This document shows, piece by piece, positions 56,146 through 64,000 of a DNA stretch of 64,000 bases (positions are counted from its first letter, which is position 1; every line of letters begins with the position of its first letter). The notes beneath the pieces are model-generated. The model was not told the origin of the DNA and did no database searches. It saw nothing but the letters and a program-made list of their open reading frames with translations. The stretch lies in NCBI GenBank assembly GCA_020853135.1, contig JADYZO010000005.1, positions 422 through 64,421 on the forward strand, read 5' to 3'. This stretch comes from Gammaproteobacteria bacterium (GTDB taxonomy: Bacteria; Pseudomonadota; Gammaproteobacteria; Steroidobacterales; GCA-2729495). Position numbers and translations under genes: made by a program.

Positions 56146-56170
56146 GGATCAGCCCTGCGGCAGCACCGTG

Positions 56171-56707
56171 TCAATCCTCGCCATCGTCGCCTGCCTCCTT
56201 GTACCCGGTCACCATGGAGCGGACAAGGTTTTCCCGGTGCAGCACGCTCGAGAGCAGCACGCCGGCCACATGCACACCCACCACCAGCAGCCAGGCGCTG
56301 GCCAGGAACTCATGCACCTCTTCGAACGCCTCGCCGCCGATCTCATTGTACGTGGCGATGCCTGCGGCCCCGGTCAGGACGGCCAGCCCGAGGATCGCCC
56401 AGATGGCATAGCTGCCGGCGGGGTTGTGGCCGAGATAGCGGGGACTGCGTCCATCGAAGAGCCCGTGCAGGTAGCCAAGCACCTCGCGCGGACCGAACAG
56501 AAAGCTGCGAAACCGGGCATATCGCGTGCCGAGCAGGCCCCAGACGATGCGAAAGGCCACGAGCCCCAGCACGGTGTAGCCCAGCATGACGTGGACATCG
56601 CGCCAACGCTCGCTCTCGGAGAGCAGCCATGCACCGGCAAAGCTGCCGGCCAGCAGCCAGTGGAAGGCCCGCACGGGCAGATCCCAGACCATGATCCTGT
56701 CCTTCAT
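56171..56707 (-). CDS. Cytochrome b/b6-like membrane protein (CybB/HupC type)
   Basis: VWDLPVRAFHW, WRDVHVMLGY, GHNPAG, EEVHEF, VHVAG; ATG at 56707. Confidence 0.9.
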   Translation of the reverse strand: MKDRIMVWDLPVRAFHWLLAGSFAGAWLLSESERWRDVHVMLGYTVLGLVAFRIVWGLLGTRYARFRSFLFGPREVLGYLHGLFDGRSPRYLGHNPAGSYAIWAILGLAVLTGAAGIATYNEIGGEAFEEVHEFLASAWLLVVGVHVAGVLLSSVLHRENLVRSMVTGYKEAGDDGED

Positions 56708-57207
56708 CGCTTGTTTCCTCCAGGCAGGCGTATCTCGTGCTCGTTGAAACGGCCCTGTTCGGCCTGCGGATGGCAGGCGCCGCAGTTCGCGGCATTGCCG
56801 ACGGCGGCCGAACTGAACAGGCCGGCCACCTCGTCGTGCTCGCGCCGGAACCAGCCTGTTCCGGTGATGCGCAAGGCCGATTCGGACGAGGCCTGGCGCG
56901 CATTGGCGACAAGAAAGGCCTCGATGCCGCGCGCGCGCCCGGGCTCGAGGCTGGCGTCGGCATCGAAGTGCCGGTCCAGTGTGGCCATGATCCGCCGCCA
57001 GGACTGCGCCGGCAGCAGGCGCGGCGGGTAGGCCACGTGGCAACTCCCGCACTCCTCGCGCCAGGCCGGATCGTCGGGCGACCTGCGCCCGCCATCGGCC
57101 AGGACAGCGGCAGGGGCGGCAGGGATGGCCAGGGCCGCTGCGATCAGCAGGCCGGGAATCCACGCCGGGCGGGCCTTGGCCCTCTCATGTGAACGGGAAG
57201 CAGGCAT
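56704..57207 (-). CDS. Diheme cytochrome c (DHC)
   Basis: Two CxxCH (CGSCH, CGACH), YPPRLLPAQSW, HFDADASL; signal peptide. Confidence 0.9.
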   Translation of the reverse strand: MPASRSHERAKARPAWIPGLLIAAALAIPAAPAAVLADGGRRSPDDPAWREECGSCHVAYPPRLLPAQSWRRIMATLDRHFDADASLEPGRARGIEAFLVANARQASSESALRITGTGWFRREHDEVAGLFSSAAVGNAANCGACHPQAEQGRFNEHEIRLPGGNKR

Positions 57208-57216
57208 GTTGCCTCC

Positions 57217-57612
57217 TCAGCGGCCCATGGACCGCAGATAGGTGATGACGTCGCCCTTCTCCTGCGCAGTGCACTCGCGGGACAGGACGTCCTTGCAGTT
57301 GCGCCGGAACCATTTCTCGACCCTTGCCGGGTCGGTGAGACGGCGGGGGTTGACCGCCGGCGCCATGGGCTCGATGGGTTTGCCGGTCACGGCATGGCGG
57401 CCGGCCCGACGCGGATCGTCGCTGTGGCAGGTCGAGCAGCTCCAGCTGCCGCCGGGCGTGCGGAAGAACCGGGCACCGCGCTCGGCGGAAAACCCGGCAA
57501 AGCCCGGCACCGCATTCGCCGCCACGGTGATGTCGGCCAGAGGGTCCGCCGCCAGGGCTGGCAGGCCGCCCAGGGCCAGCGCTGCCGCAAGCAGGGCCAG
57601 GATCTTGTTCAT
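57217..57612 (-). CDS. SHP-like (DUF1924) cytochrome c
   Basis: Signal peptide, FSAERGARFF, CSTCH, VEKWFRRNCKDVLSRECT; ATG at 57612 after GGAGG. Confidence 0.88.
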   Translation of the reverse strand: MNKILALLAAALALGGLPALAADPLADITVAANAVPGFAGFSAERGARFFRTPGGSWSCSTCHSDDPRRAGRHAVTGKPIEPMAPAVNPRRLTDPARVEKWFRRNCKDVLSRECTAQEKGDVITYLRSMGR

Positions 57613-57664
57613 GCCTGTCCTCCATGGATCATCAGTGACCATGGGCGCAGGCTAGTAGGCGGGG

Positions 57665-57681
57665 ATGAATCGTCCCTTAAT
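57665..57681 (-). promoter_or_regulatory. Candidate PmrA/QseB-type direct-repeat box
   Basis: Minus strand ATTAAG-N5-ATTCAT, about 50 nt before the SHP start; resembles YTTAAK-N5-YTTAAK. Confidence 0.45.
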
Positions 57682-57712
57682 CAGCCGGCCGCAGAAACAG
57701 CACGCAGGATCC

Positions 57713-58819
57713 CTATTGCACGGGGCGCGCGAACCCCGCCAGCCGCACCGGCAGCCGGCGCGCACCCCAGGTGCCGGCGGCGGCGGCGAAGACCCCGGGC
57801 AACCGCGTCCCGCACCCGGGGCAGCAGCCCTCTGGCGTGAGCCTATAGGCGCCGATGCGGTACCCGTCACGCTCGATGAGGCGCGTGCCGCAGCCGGCGC
57901 AGTGGCTGCTGGCACCCTCGCTGTCGCGGATGTTGCCGGTGTAGACGTGGTGCAGCCCGTTGGCCCGGGCAATCTGCCGTGCCCGCATCAGGGTGGCGGC
58001 CGGGGTTGCCGGCCGGTCGGTCATCTTCCAGTCCGGATGGAAGGCGGTGAAGTGCAGCGGCACATCGGGGCCGAGCTCGCTGGCCACCCAGCCCGTCAGC
58101 GCCTGCAGCTCGGCATCCGAGTCGTTCCCGCCGGGAATCAGCAACGTCGTCAGCTCCAGCCAGGTGTCGGTCTCGTGGCGGACGTAACGCAGGGTGTCGA
58201 GCACCGGCTGCAGCCGCGCCCCGCAGACCCGGCGATAGAAACCGTCGGAGAAGGCCTTCAGGTCGATGTTGGCCGCGTCCATGTGCGCGAAGAACTCCGC
58301 CCGTGGCGCAGGCGAGATGTAGCCGGCGGTCACCGCCACCGTACGCACGCCCCGCCCGCGACAGGCCCGGGCCACATCGATGGCGTACTCGTGGAAGATC
58401 ACCGGGTCGTTGTAGGTGAAGGCCACGCTGGCGCAGCCGAGCGCGTGCGCGGCATCGGCCAGCTGTCCGGGGGTGGCCGCATCGGCCAGCGTGTCCATCT
58501 CGCGCGACTTGCTCATGTCCCAGTTCTGGCAGAACTTGCAGGCCAGGTTGCAGCCGGCGGTGCCGAAGGACAGCACGCTGCTGCCCGGCAGGAAGTGGTT
58601 GAGCGGCTTCTTTTCGATGGGATCCACGCAGAAGCCGCTGGAGCGGCCCCAGGTGAAGAGCTTGATGCGCCCGTCTTCGCAGCCGCGCACGAAGCACAGC
58701 CCACGCTGTCCCTCGTGCAGGCGGCACTCGCGCGGGCACAGGTCGCACTGCACCCGGCCGCCCTCGATGGCGTGCCAGTGGCGTGTCTCGACGACCGGGG
58801 AATCGGCATTCCCGTGCAT
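57713..58819 (-). CDS. amrS: AmmeMemoRadiSam system radical SAM enzyme
   Basis: CDLCPREC, DPIEKKPLNHFLPG, CNLACKFC (CxxxCxxC), AFTYNDP, HFTAFHP; start at 58819 or 58831. Confidence 0.93.
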   Translation of the reverse strand: MHGNADSPVVETRHWHAIEGGRVQCDLCPRECRLHEGQRGLCFVRGCEDGRIKLFTWGRSSGFCVDPIEKKPLNHFLPGSSVLSFGTAGCNLACKFCQNWDMSKSREMDTLADAATPGQLADAAHALGCASVAFTYNDPVIFHEYAIDVARACRGRGVRTVAVTAGYISPAPRAEFFAHMDAANIDLKAFSDGFYRRVCGARLQPVLDTLRYVRHETDTWLELTTLLIPGGNDSDAELQALTGWVASELGPDVPLHFTAFHPDWKMTDRPATPAATLMRARQIARANGLHHVYTGNIRDSEGASSHCAGCGTRLIERDGYRIGAYRLTPEGCCPGCGTRLPGVFAAAAGTWGARRLPVRLAGFARPVQ

Positions 58820-58918
58820 GGGCGACACCATGGGGACGGCCCGCTGCATTTGCAATGCAGCGACGCCGCGCTGGCCAGGGGGCTTTTGCAGGCACCGCGT
58901 TGCCCCCATAGTGTAGCC

Positions 58919-59743
58919 ATGACCCGCACCGATGCGATGTCACAGAGCAGCAGGAAACCCGCCGTGGCCGGCTTCTTTTACCCTGCCGCCGCCGATGCGC
59001 TGCGCCGGGATGTGGCCGGATACCTCGCGGCCGTCGCCGAGACGGGGCCGCAGCCCAAGGTGCTGGTCGTACCCCACGCAGGCCTCGCCTACTCGGGACC
59101 GGTGGCGGCCACGGCCTATGCCCGGCTGCGCGATGGAGCCACCTGGATCAGGCGGGTCGTGCTGATCGGCCCCACCCACCGTGTGGCCTTCCGGGGCATC
59201 GCGGTGCCCGCGGTGGATGCCTTCACGACCCCGCTGGGCGCGGTGCCCATCGACCGCGCCGCCCGCGACGCGGTTCTCGGCTGTCCGGGGGTGATCCGCT
59301 CCGACCGCGCCCATGAGTTCGAACACAGCCTCGAGGTGCAGCTGCCATTCCTGCAGCTCGTGCTGGACGACTTCACCCTCCTGCCACTGGTCGTCGGTGA
59401 TGCGCCCGCCGCCCAGGTGGCCGAGGTGCTCGACCTCATCTGGGGCGGCCCCGAGACCCTGGTGGTGGTCAGCACCGACCTCAGCCACTTCCACGGCTAT
59501 GAGGAAGCCCGCGCACATGATGCCGCCACGGCCCGGCGCATCCTGGCGCTCGACCCCGGACTCGACGGCGGGGACGCCTGCGGCTGCATGGGACTGAATG
59601 GCTTTCTGCTCAGCGCCCGCAGGCACGGCCTGCTGGCCCGGCAGCTCGACCTGCGCAATTCGGGTGACACCGCGGGCGACCGCTCGCGTGTCGTGGGCTA
59701 CGGGGCGTTCTGTTTCCATGAGCCGAGACGCGCCGCCGCGTGA
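58919..59743 (+). CDS. amrB: AmmeMemoRadiSam system protein B (MEMO1 family)
   Basis: RKPAVAGFFYP, VPHAGLAYSG, GPTH, EHSLEVQLPFLQ, STDLSHF, ACG, VVGY. Confidence 0.93.
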   Translation: MTRTDAMSQSSRKPAVAGFFYPAAADALRRDVAGYLAAVAETGPQPKVLVVPHAGLAYSGPVAATAYARLRDGATWIRRVVLIGPTHRVAFRGIAVPAVDAFTTPLGAVPIDRAARDAVLGCPGVIRSDRAHEFEHSLEVQLPFLQLVLDDFTLLPLVVGDAPAAQVAEVLDLIWGGPETLVVVSTDLSHFHGYEEARAHDAATARRILALDPGLDGGDACGCMGLNGFLLSARRHGLLARQLDLRNSGDTAGDRSRVVGYGAFCFHEPRRAAA

Positions 59744-60290
59744 CTATCTGCTGGGCCTGGCCTGGCGCTCCATCCGCCTTGGGCTGGATGGCATCGAGCC
59801 CGCCAGGCCCGAACTGGATGGCTGCCCGCCGGATGCCCTGCTGCCGGGCGCCTCCTTCGTCACGCTGACCGCAGGAGGCGGAGAACTGCGCGGCTGCCGC
59901 GGCATGCTCGAGCCGCACCGGCCACTGGCCGCCGATGTCTGGTACAACGCCTGGGCCAGTGCCTATGACGACCCGCGCTTCCCGCCGGTGGGCCGACATG
60001 AACTCGACCACATCCGGCTCGAGATCTCGGTGCTCGGCCCGCTCCAGCGGGTGGCAGCCGGGCGGGAGGCGGAACTGGCCAGGCAGTTGGTCCCAGGCCG
60101 GGACGGGGTCGTGCTCGGTTGGCGCAGGCACCGTGCCACCTTCCTGCCCCAGGTCTGGGAGAACCTGCCCGACCCGCGCGAGTTCTTGGCCGCACTCAAA
60201 GCCAAGGCCGGACTCGCGCCGGACTTCTGGGCCGATGACCTGGAGGTCCACCGCTACGAAGTGGAGAAGCTCCGTACCGCATCTCCCTGA
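59718..60290 (+). CDS. amrA: AmmeMemoRadiSam system protein A (AMMECR1 family)
   Basis: ASFVTL, LRGCRG, AYDDPRFPP, EISVL, ATFLPQVWE, LKAKAG; ATG at 59718. Confidence 0.93.
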   Translation: MSRDAPPRDYLLGLAWRSIRLGLDGIEPARPELDGCPPDALLPGASFVTLTAGGGELRGCRGMLEPHRPLAADVWYNAWASAYDDPRFPPVGRHELDHIRLEISVLGPLQRVAAGREAELARQLVPGRDGVVLGWRRHRATFLPQVWENLPDPREFLAALKAKAGLAPDFWADDLEVHRYEVEKLRTASP

Positions 60291-60313
60291 TGGGGCGGAA
60301 CCTGGGCCGTTGC

Positions 60314-60329
60314 TGGTTTGGACCTTGCA
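60314..60329 (+). promoter_or_regulatory. Candidate sigma54 -24/-12 promoter for the PEP-CTERM gene
   Basis: TGG-N8-TTGCA with exact GG-N10-GC spacing; the -24 flank (TGGTTT) departs from TGGCAC. Confidence 0.45.
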
Positions 60330-60492
60330 AGTCTTATGTTTAATCATGGGCTGCCGGCGCTGCAGCCAGTCCGATGAAAGGCTGGACGGCAGCCGGGCGA
60401 TTGGCTAGATTCAGCCTTGGTGGCCGGCCAACGGCCACGGGGAATCAAGACCACGAACAAGCGGCACCAGCCGCACGACGGGGGAAGCAATC

Positions 60493-61278
60493 ATGGGTAG
60501 CATCCGGACGAGCGTCGCCCTGGCGGCCGCATCAGTCATCCTGTGCGCCAGCGGCACCGCGCTGGCGACACCGATCTACACCAGCTGGGGTTCGCTGCCG
60601 GGCGCAACCTTCGGCGGTACGGGCATCCCGAACACCTCGGTTGCGAAGACCGAAGTCTTCGTCAACGGCTCGACCACCGTCACGCTCGCGCTGACCGCTC
60701 ACGCGCGTTACTCCAACCCCACGGTGACCGACAACGGCGCCGGCGACTATTACGCCGGGCCGGGCAGCAACTGCGGCATCGCGACCGATCCGGTCGGCTG
60801 TCCGAGCGCCACGCAGGGCGCGTTGTGGAACGTGGGCTACTACATCAGCGTCTCGGGCACAGATCCGAACTTCAACGACTTCGGCGACTTCACCTTCACC
60901 GTGTACTACGACTTCGATCCGGGTGCGGGCACGGCCTTCGGCAGCCTGGGCAGGATCAACGTCAACAACATGTTGATTGCCAACAGCATCAACCCCGCGA
61001 CCACAACCCTGGCGCAGGGCTCGGAGAACATGATGTTCTCCTACCTCGCCACTCCGGTGCCGTTCGTGGTCACGCCGCCGACCTATGGGGCGTTCAACCC
61101 CAACTCGCTGGGCGAGTACAACTTCTACATCGGCTTCACGGCGAACAACCTGCCCGCCTTCAGCGGCGCGGTGGGCGTTGACGTCAATGTCGTGCCGGTG
61201 CCGGGAGCGGTGTGGCTGCTCGGCTCGGGCCTCGGCCTGCTCGGCTGGGTACGTCGTCGGGCCAGCCAGGTCGCCTGA
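60493..61278 (+). CDS. PEP-CTERM (VPxP variant) exosortase-target surface protein
   Basis: Signal peptide, Thr/Asn/Gly-rich body, C-terminal VPVPGAVWLLGSGLGLLGWVRRR (motif, TM helix, basic tail). Confidence 0.9.
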   Translation: MGSIRTSVALAAASVILCASGTALATPIYTSWGSLPGATFGGTGIPNTSVAKTEVFVNGSTTVTLALTAHARYSNPTVTDNGAGDYYAGPGSNCGIATDPVGCPSATQGALWNVGYYISVSGTDPNFNDFGDFTFTVYYDFDPGAGTAFGSLGRINVNNMLIANSINPATTTLAQGSENMMFSYLATPVPFVVTPPTYGAFNPNSLGEYNFYIGFTANNLPAFSGAVGVDVNVVPVPGAVWLLGSGLGLLGWVRRRASQVA

Positions 61279-61303
61279 TCCCCTGCTGATTTCTCCCCTG
61301 TGC

Positions 61304-61336
61304 AAACCGGCCGCCACCAGGGCGGCCGGTTTTTTT
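61304..61336 (+). terminator. Rho-independent terminator
   Basis: aaaccggccgcc-accag-ggcggccggttt stem-loop running into a T7 tract. Confidence 0.85.
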
Positions 61337-61434
61337 CCGGCGGCTGCCTGCCCGCGCCGTGGCTCGCCCGAGGCCCTGTCACAACCGGCAGCAGCCTATA
61401 ATCACGGCTCGCCAGCCACCGGACATTCCTGCTC

Positions 61435-62427
61435 ATGAGCCAGAAGCAAACCGCCGGCGCGCCGGTCAGCGTGGTCGTGATCGGCGTCGGGAGCCTCGAT
61501 GCCTCACTCGGGTTCTACGCCGGCACGCTGGGGCTCGGCATCGGCGAAAGCGGCACGCTGGAGGGCGGTGAGTTCGAGCGCCACTGGCGGGTGCCGCCAG
61601 GCACCACGGCGCGTTACGCATTCCTTGGCCACGGCGCGCACCCGGTCGGGCGCATCCAGCTCATGGAGTTCAGCGGCAGCACCCGCCGGCAGGTCCGGCC
61701 GACGGAGCTGCGCCGCGCGGTCGGCCTCTTCAACCTCAACATCTACGCCAGCGACATCCGCCGCGACTACGGCAGGCTGCAGGCGCAGGGCTTCCGCTTC
61801 TGGAGCGAGCCGGCGCACAACAACTTCGGCCCGGCGGTGGGCGAAACCCTGGAGGCCGCCTTCGATGGGCCGGACGGGGTGGTCATCAACCTGATCCAGT
61901 TGCTGACCGAAGATCCGCAGACGGTGATTGGCCACATCACCCGCTTCATTGCCGGCTATGGGCGCACCCCGACCGGCTTCACCTCGGTGGTCACCACCGC
62001 CCACACCGTGACCGACATGGACAAGGCGCTGGCCTTCTACTACGGCCCGCTGCAGATGACACTGTTCCTCGAGTCGATCCTCCAGGGTCCCGTGACCAAC
62101 CGCGCGCTCGGCCTGCCCGAGGCGGCCCGCACCCGCAGCGTCATCGTCCAGGGCAGCCACGAGTACGGCAAGATCGCGCTGGCCAGCGCGCTGAACTACG
62201 AGATCCCCTCGCTGGTGGCCGACGCCGTGCCACCCAACATCGGCTACCTCGCGCAGTCCTTCCAGGTCGCCAACCTCGATGCCACGGCGCAGGCCTGCGC
62301 CGGCATCGGCGCCGAGGTCTTCTCGGGGCCGCAGGATATCGGCCTGCCCGGCCGCGGCCGCTGCCGGGCCATGGTCGTGCGCAACCCGGGCAGCGGGGCC
62401 CTGCAGGAACTGTTCCAGCCGCTCTGA
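61435..62427 (+). CDS. Tandem VOC (glyoxalase/bleomycin resistance/dioxygenase) family protein
   Basis: Two repeats, VGSLDASLGFYAGTLG and TVTDMDKALAFYYGPL; DGPDGVVINLIQ; TATAAT at 61397 upstream. Confidence 0.75.
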   Translation: MSQKQTAGAPVSVVVIGVGSLDASLGFYAGTLGLGIGESGTLEGGEFERHWRVPPGTTARYAFLGHGAHPVGRIQLMEFSGSTRRQVRPTELRRAVGLFNLNIYASDIRRDYGRLQAQGFRFWSEPAHNNFGPAVGETLEAAFDGPDGVVINLIQLLTEDPQTVIGHITRFIAGYGRTPTGFTSVVTTAHTVTDMDKALAFYYGPLQMTLFLESILQGPVTNRALGLPEAARTRSVIVQGSHEYGKIALASALNYEIPSLVADAVPPNIGYLAQSFQVANLDATAQACAGIGAEVFSGPQDIGLPGRGRCRAMVVRNPGSGALQELFQPL

Positions 62428-62444
62428 GACCCTGCGGTCCGCTG

Positions 62445-62486
62445 TTGATATTTGCCAAGTGCCGCTGCAGCCGGAATCCGTAGAAT
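62445..62486 (+). promoter_or_regulatory. Candidate FNR/CRP-family class II promoter
   Basis: TTGAT-ATTT-GCCAA (62445-62458) and -10 TAGAAT (62481-62486) place the box centre at about -41.5. Confidence 0.5.
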
Positions 62487-62511
62487 CGGCCCCAGCAGTT
62501 AGGAGACTGAC

Positions 62512-64000
62512 ATGAAGCTATCGGTGCTGCTGTGGGGCATCCCGCAGGCCATGCGGGCGGCGGCCAGGGTGTACCCGGAATACGCCGAGCGCCTGAAGGA
62601 ACGCAACCTCGTGGCGCAGTTCCGGCTGCGCGACCGGCCGGTGGGCCGCTGGATCCAGCTGGAGAATGGCCGCATCCGCACCAAGGCCGGCATCCACCCC
62701 AGGCCGGACCTCGACATCCACTTCAAGAACCAGGCCATCGCCGAGAGCTTCCTCACCCCCCCGGTGGACCTGCTCGAGCGCATCGACGCCGCGAAGAACT
62801 TCAAGATCGGCCTCGAGGGCCCGGACGACCTCGCGGTGTGGTTCATGGCCACCCTCACCCGCCTGGAAACGGTAACCTGGAAGGCCGGCACCGACATGGG
62901 TAATGGGGTCACCCGCTACACCAACGGCACCAACGGCGGGCCGATCTTCGTCTACGTCAAGGATGGCAGGATCATCCGCACCACGCCCATGGACTTCGAG
63001 GCGGATGACGCACCGTCCTGGTCGATCACCGCGCGGGGCAGGACCTTCACGCCGCCGCGCAAGGCCACGCTGGCCCCCCACGCGCAGTGCCAGAAGTCGA
63101 TGGTCTATTCGAAGAACCGCATCCTGCACCCGATGAAGCGGGTGGACTTCGATCCGGATGGCAACCGCAACATCCAGAACCGCGGCAAGTCGAAGTTCGT
63201 GCGCATCAGCTGGGAAGAGGCGCTCGACATCGTCAGCAAGGAGATCAAGCGCGCCAAGGCGGTGGGTCCGGGCGCCGTGTGCGTCGCCAACGGTTCGCAC
63301 CACCAGTGGGGCAACCTCGGCCATTACCTCTCGGCCTTCAACCGCTTCTGGAACCTGATCGGCGTCACCAAGCTGGTGCACAACCCCGACAGCTGGGAAG
63401 GCTGGTTCTGGGGCGCCATGCACCACTGGGGCAACAGCCTGCGGCTGGGCTGCCCCGAGTTCTACGGCACGGTCGAGGACTGCCTGAAAGAGGCGGAGAT
63501 GATCGTGTTCTGGTCCAGCGACCCGGATGCCAACTACGGCTTCGAGGGCACGCAGCGCCGCGCCTGGGCCAAGGAACTCGGCATCAAGATGGTGCACGTC
63601 GACCCGTTCTACAACCACACGGCGGGACTCCTCGGCGGCAAGTGGATCTCGCCGAAGCCGGGCACCGACGCGGCCTTCGCCCAGTCGCTCTGTTACGTCT
63701 GGATCACCGAGGGTCTCTACGACAAGGACTTCGTCGAGAAGCGAACCACCGGCTTCGACGAATGGCGGGCCTACATCCTCGGCGAGACCGACGGCGTGCC
63801 AAAGACGCCCGAGTGGCAGGAGAAGGAAACCGGCGTGCCGGCACGCGAAGCACGCGCGCTCGCCCGCGAGTGGGGCAGGAAGAAAACCTACCTCGGCGTC
63901 GGCGCCTGGGGCATGGGCGTGGGCGGCGCCTGCCGCGGCCCGATGGGCATGCAGTGGGCACGCATGATGGCCATCCTCGGCGCCATGCAGGGCTTCGGCC
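62512..64000 (+). CDS. DMSO-reductase-family molybdoenzyme, pyrogallol transhydroxylase large-subunit-like, with extra N-terminal domain; 3'-truncated by the window edge and absent from the ORF track
   Basis: Hand translation open from ATG 62512 (SD AGGAG) to the window end: GGPIFVYVKDGRIIRTTPMDF, APSWSITARGRTFTPPRK, SHHQWGN, HNPDSWEGW, AEMIVFWSSDP, GGACR. Confidence 0.88.
   Translation, partial: MKLSVLLWGIPQAMRAAARVYPEYAERLKERNLVAQFRLRDRPVGRWIQLENGRIRTKAGIHPRPDLDIHFKNQAIAESFLTPPVDLLERIDAAKNFKIGLEGPDDLAVWFMATLTRLETVTWKAGTDMGNGVTRYTNGTNGGPIFVYVKDGRIIRTTPMDFEADDAPSWSITARGRTFTPPRKATLAPHAQCQKSMVYSKNRILHPMKRVDFDPDGNRNIQNRGKSKFVRISWEEALDIVSKEIKRAKAVGPGAVCVANGSHHQWGNLGHYLSAFNRFWNLIGVTKLVHNPDSWEGWFWGAMHHWGNSLRLGCPEFYGTVEDCLKEAEMIVFWSSDPDANYGFEGTQRRAWAKELGIKMVHVDPFYNHTAGLLGGKWISPKPGTDAAFAQSLCYVWITEGLYDKDFVEKRTTGFDEWRAYILGETDGVPKTPEWQEKETGVPAREARALAREWGRKKTYLGVGAWGMGVGGACRGPMGMQWARMMAILGAMQGFG

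Noticed and set aside
60361-60394. Hammerhead ribozyme (GATGA...GAAA-like words)
   Set aside because: No CUGAUGA core and no three-stem junction

Overview
High-GC (about 70% by eye) bacterial chromosomal segment. Gene order and motifs point to a Gammaproteobacterium; a Steroidobacterales/Woeseiales-like lineage is a guess. The left half is the conserved type IV pilus region: chpC-chpA-pilJ-pilI-pilH-pilG, gshB-apbE-tonB-algH-ruvX, an orphan pyrK-like gene, three retraction ATPases (pilT, pilU, pilU-like) and yggS-proC-yggT-DUF4426. The middle holds leuA/lrp, a CDF transporter, htpG and htpX (each with a sigma32-type promoter), three small unknown ORFs, a lytic transglycosylase-LD-transpeptidase-ppnN operon, an LPS core cluster with Kdo kinase, glnE, catalase and gabT. 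The right end is more accessory: an LTA-synthase-family gene, a SHP/diheme cytochrome c/cytochrome b operon with its two-component system, the AmmeMemoRadiSam triad, a PEP-CTERM-type protein and a VOC protein. It ends in a molybdoenzyme that runs off the window and is absent from the ORF track. This enzyme closely resembles the pyrogallol transhydroxylase large subunit, carries an extra 128-residue N-terminal domain and sits behind an FNR-like class II promoter. No rRNA, tRNA, CRISPR array or mobile element was seen. All assignments rest on motif recognition from memory, not database searches, and many start codons were refined by hand.
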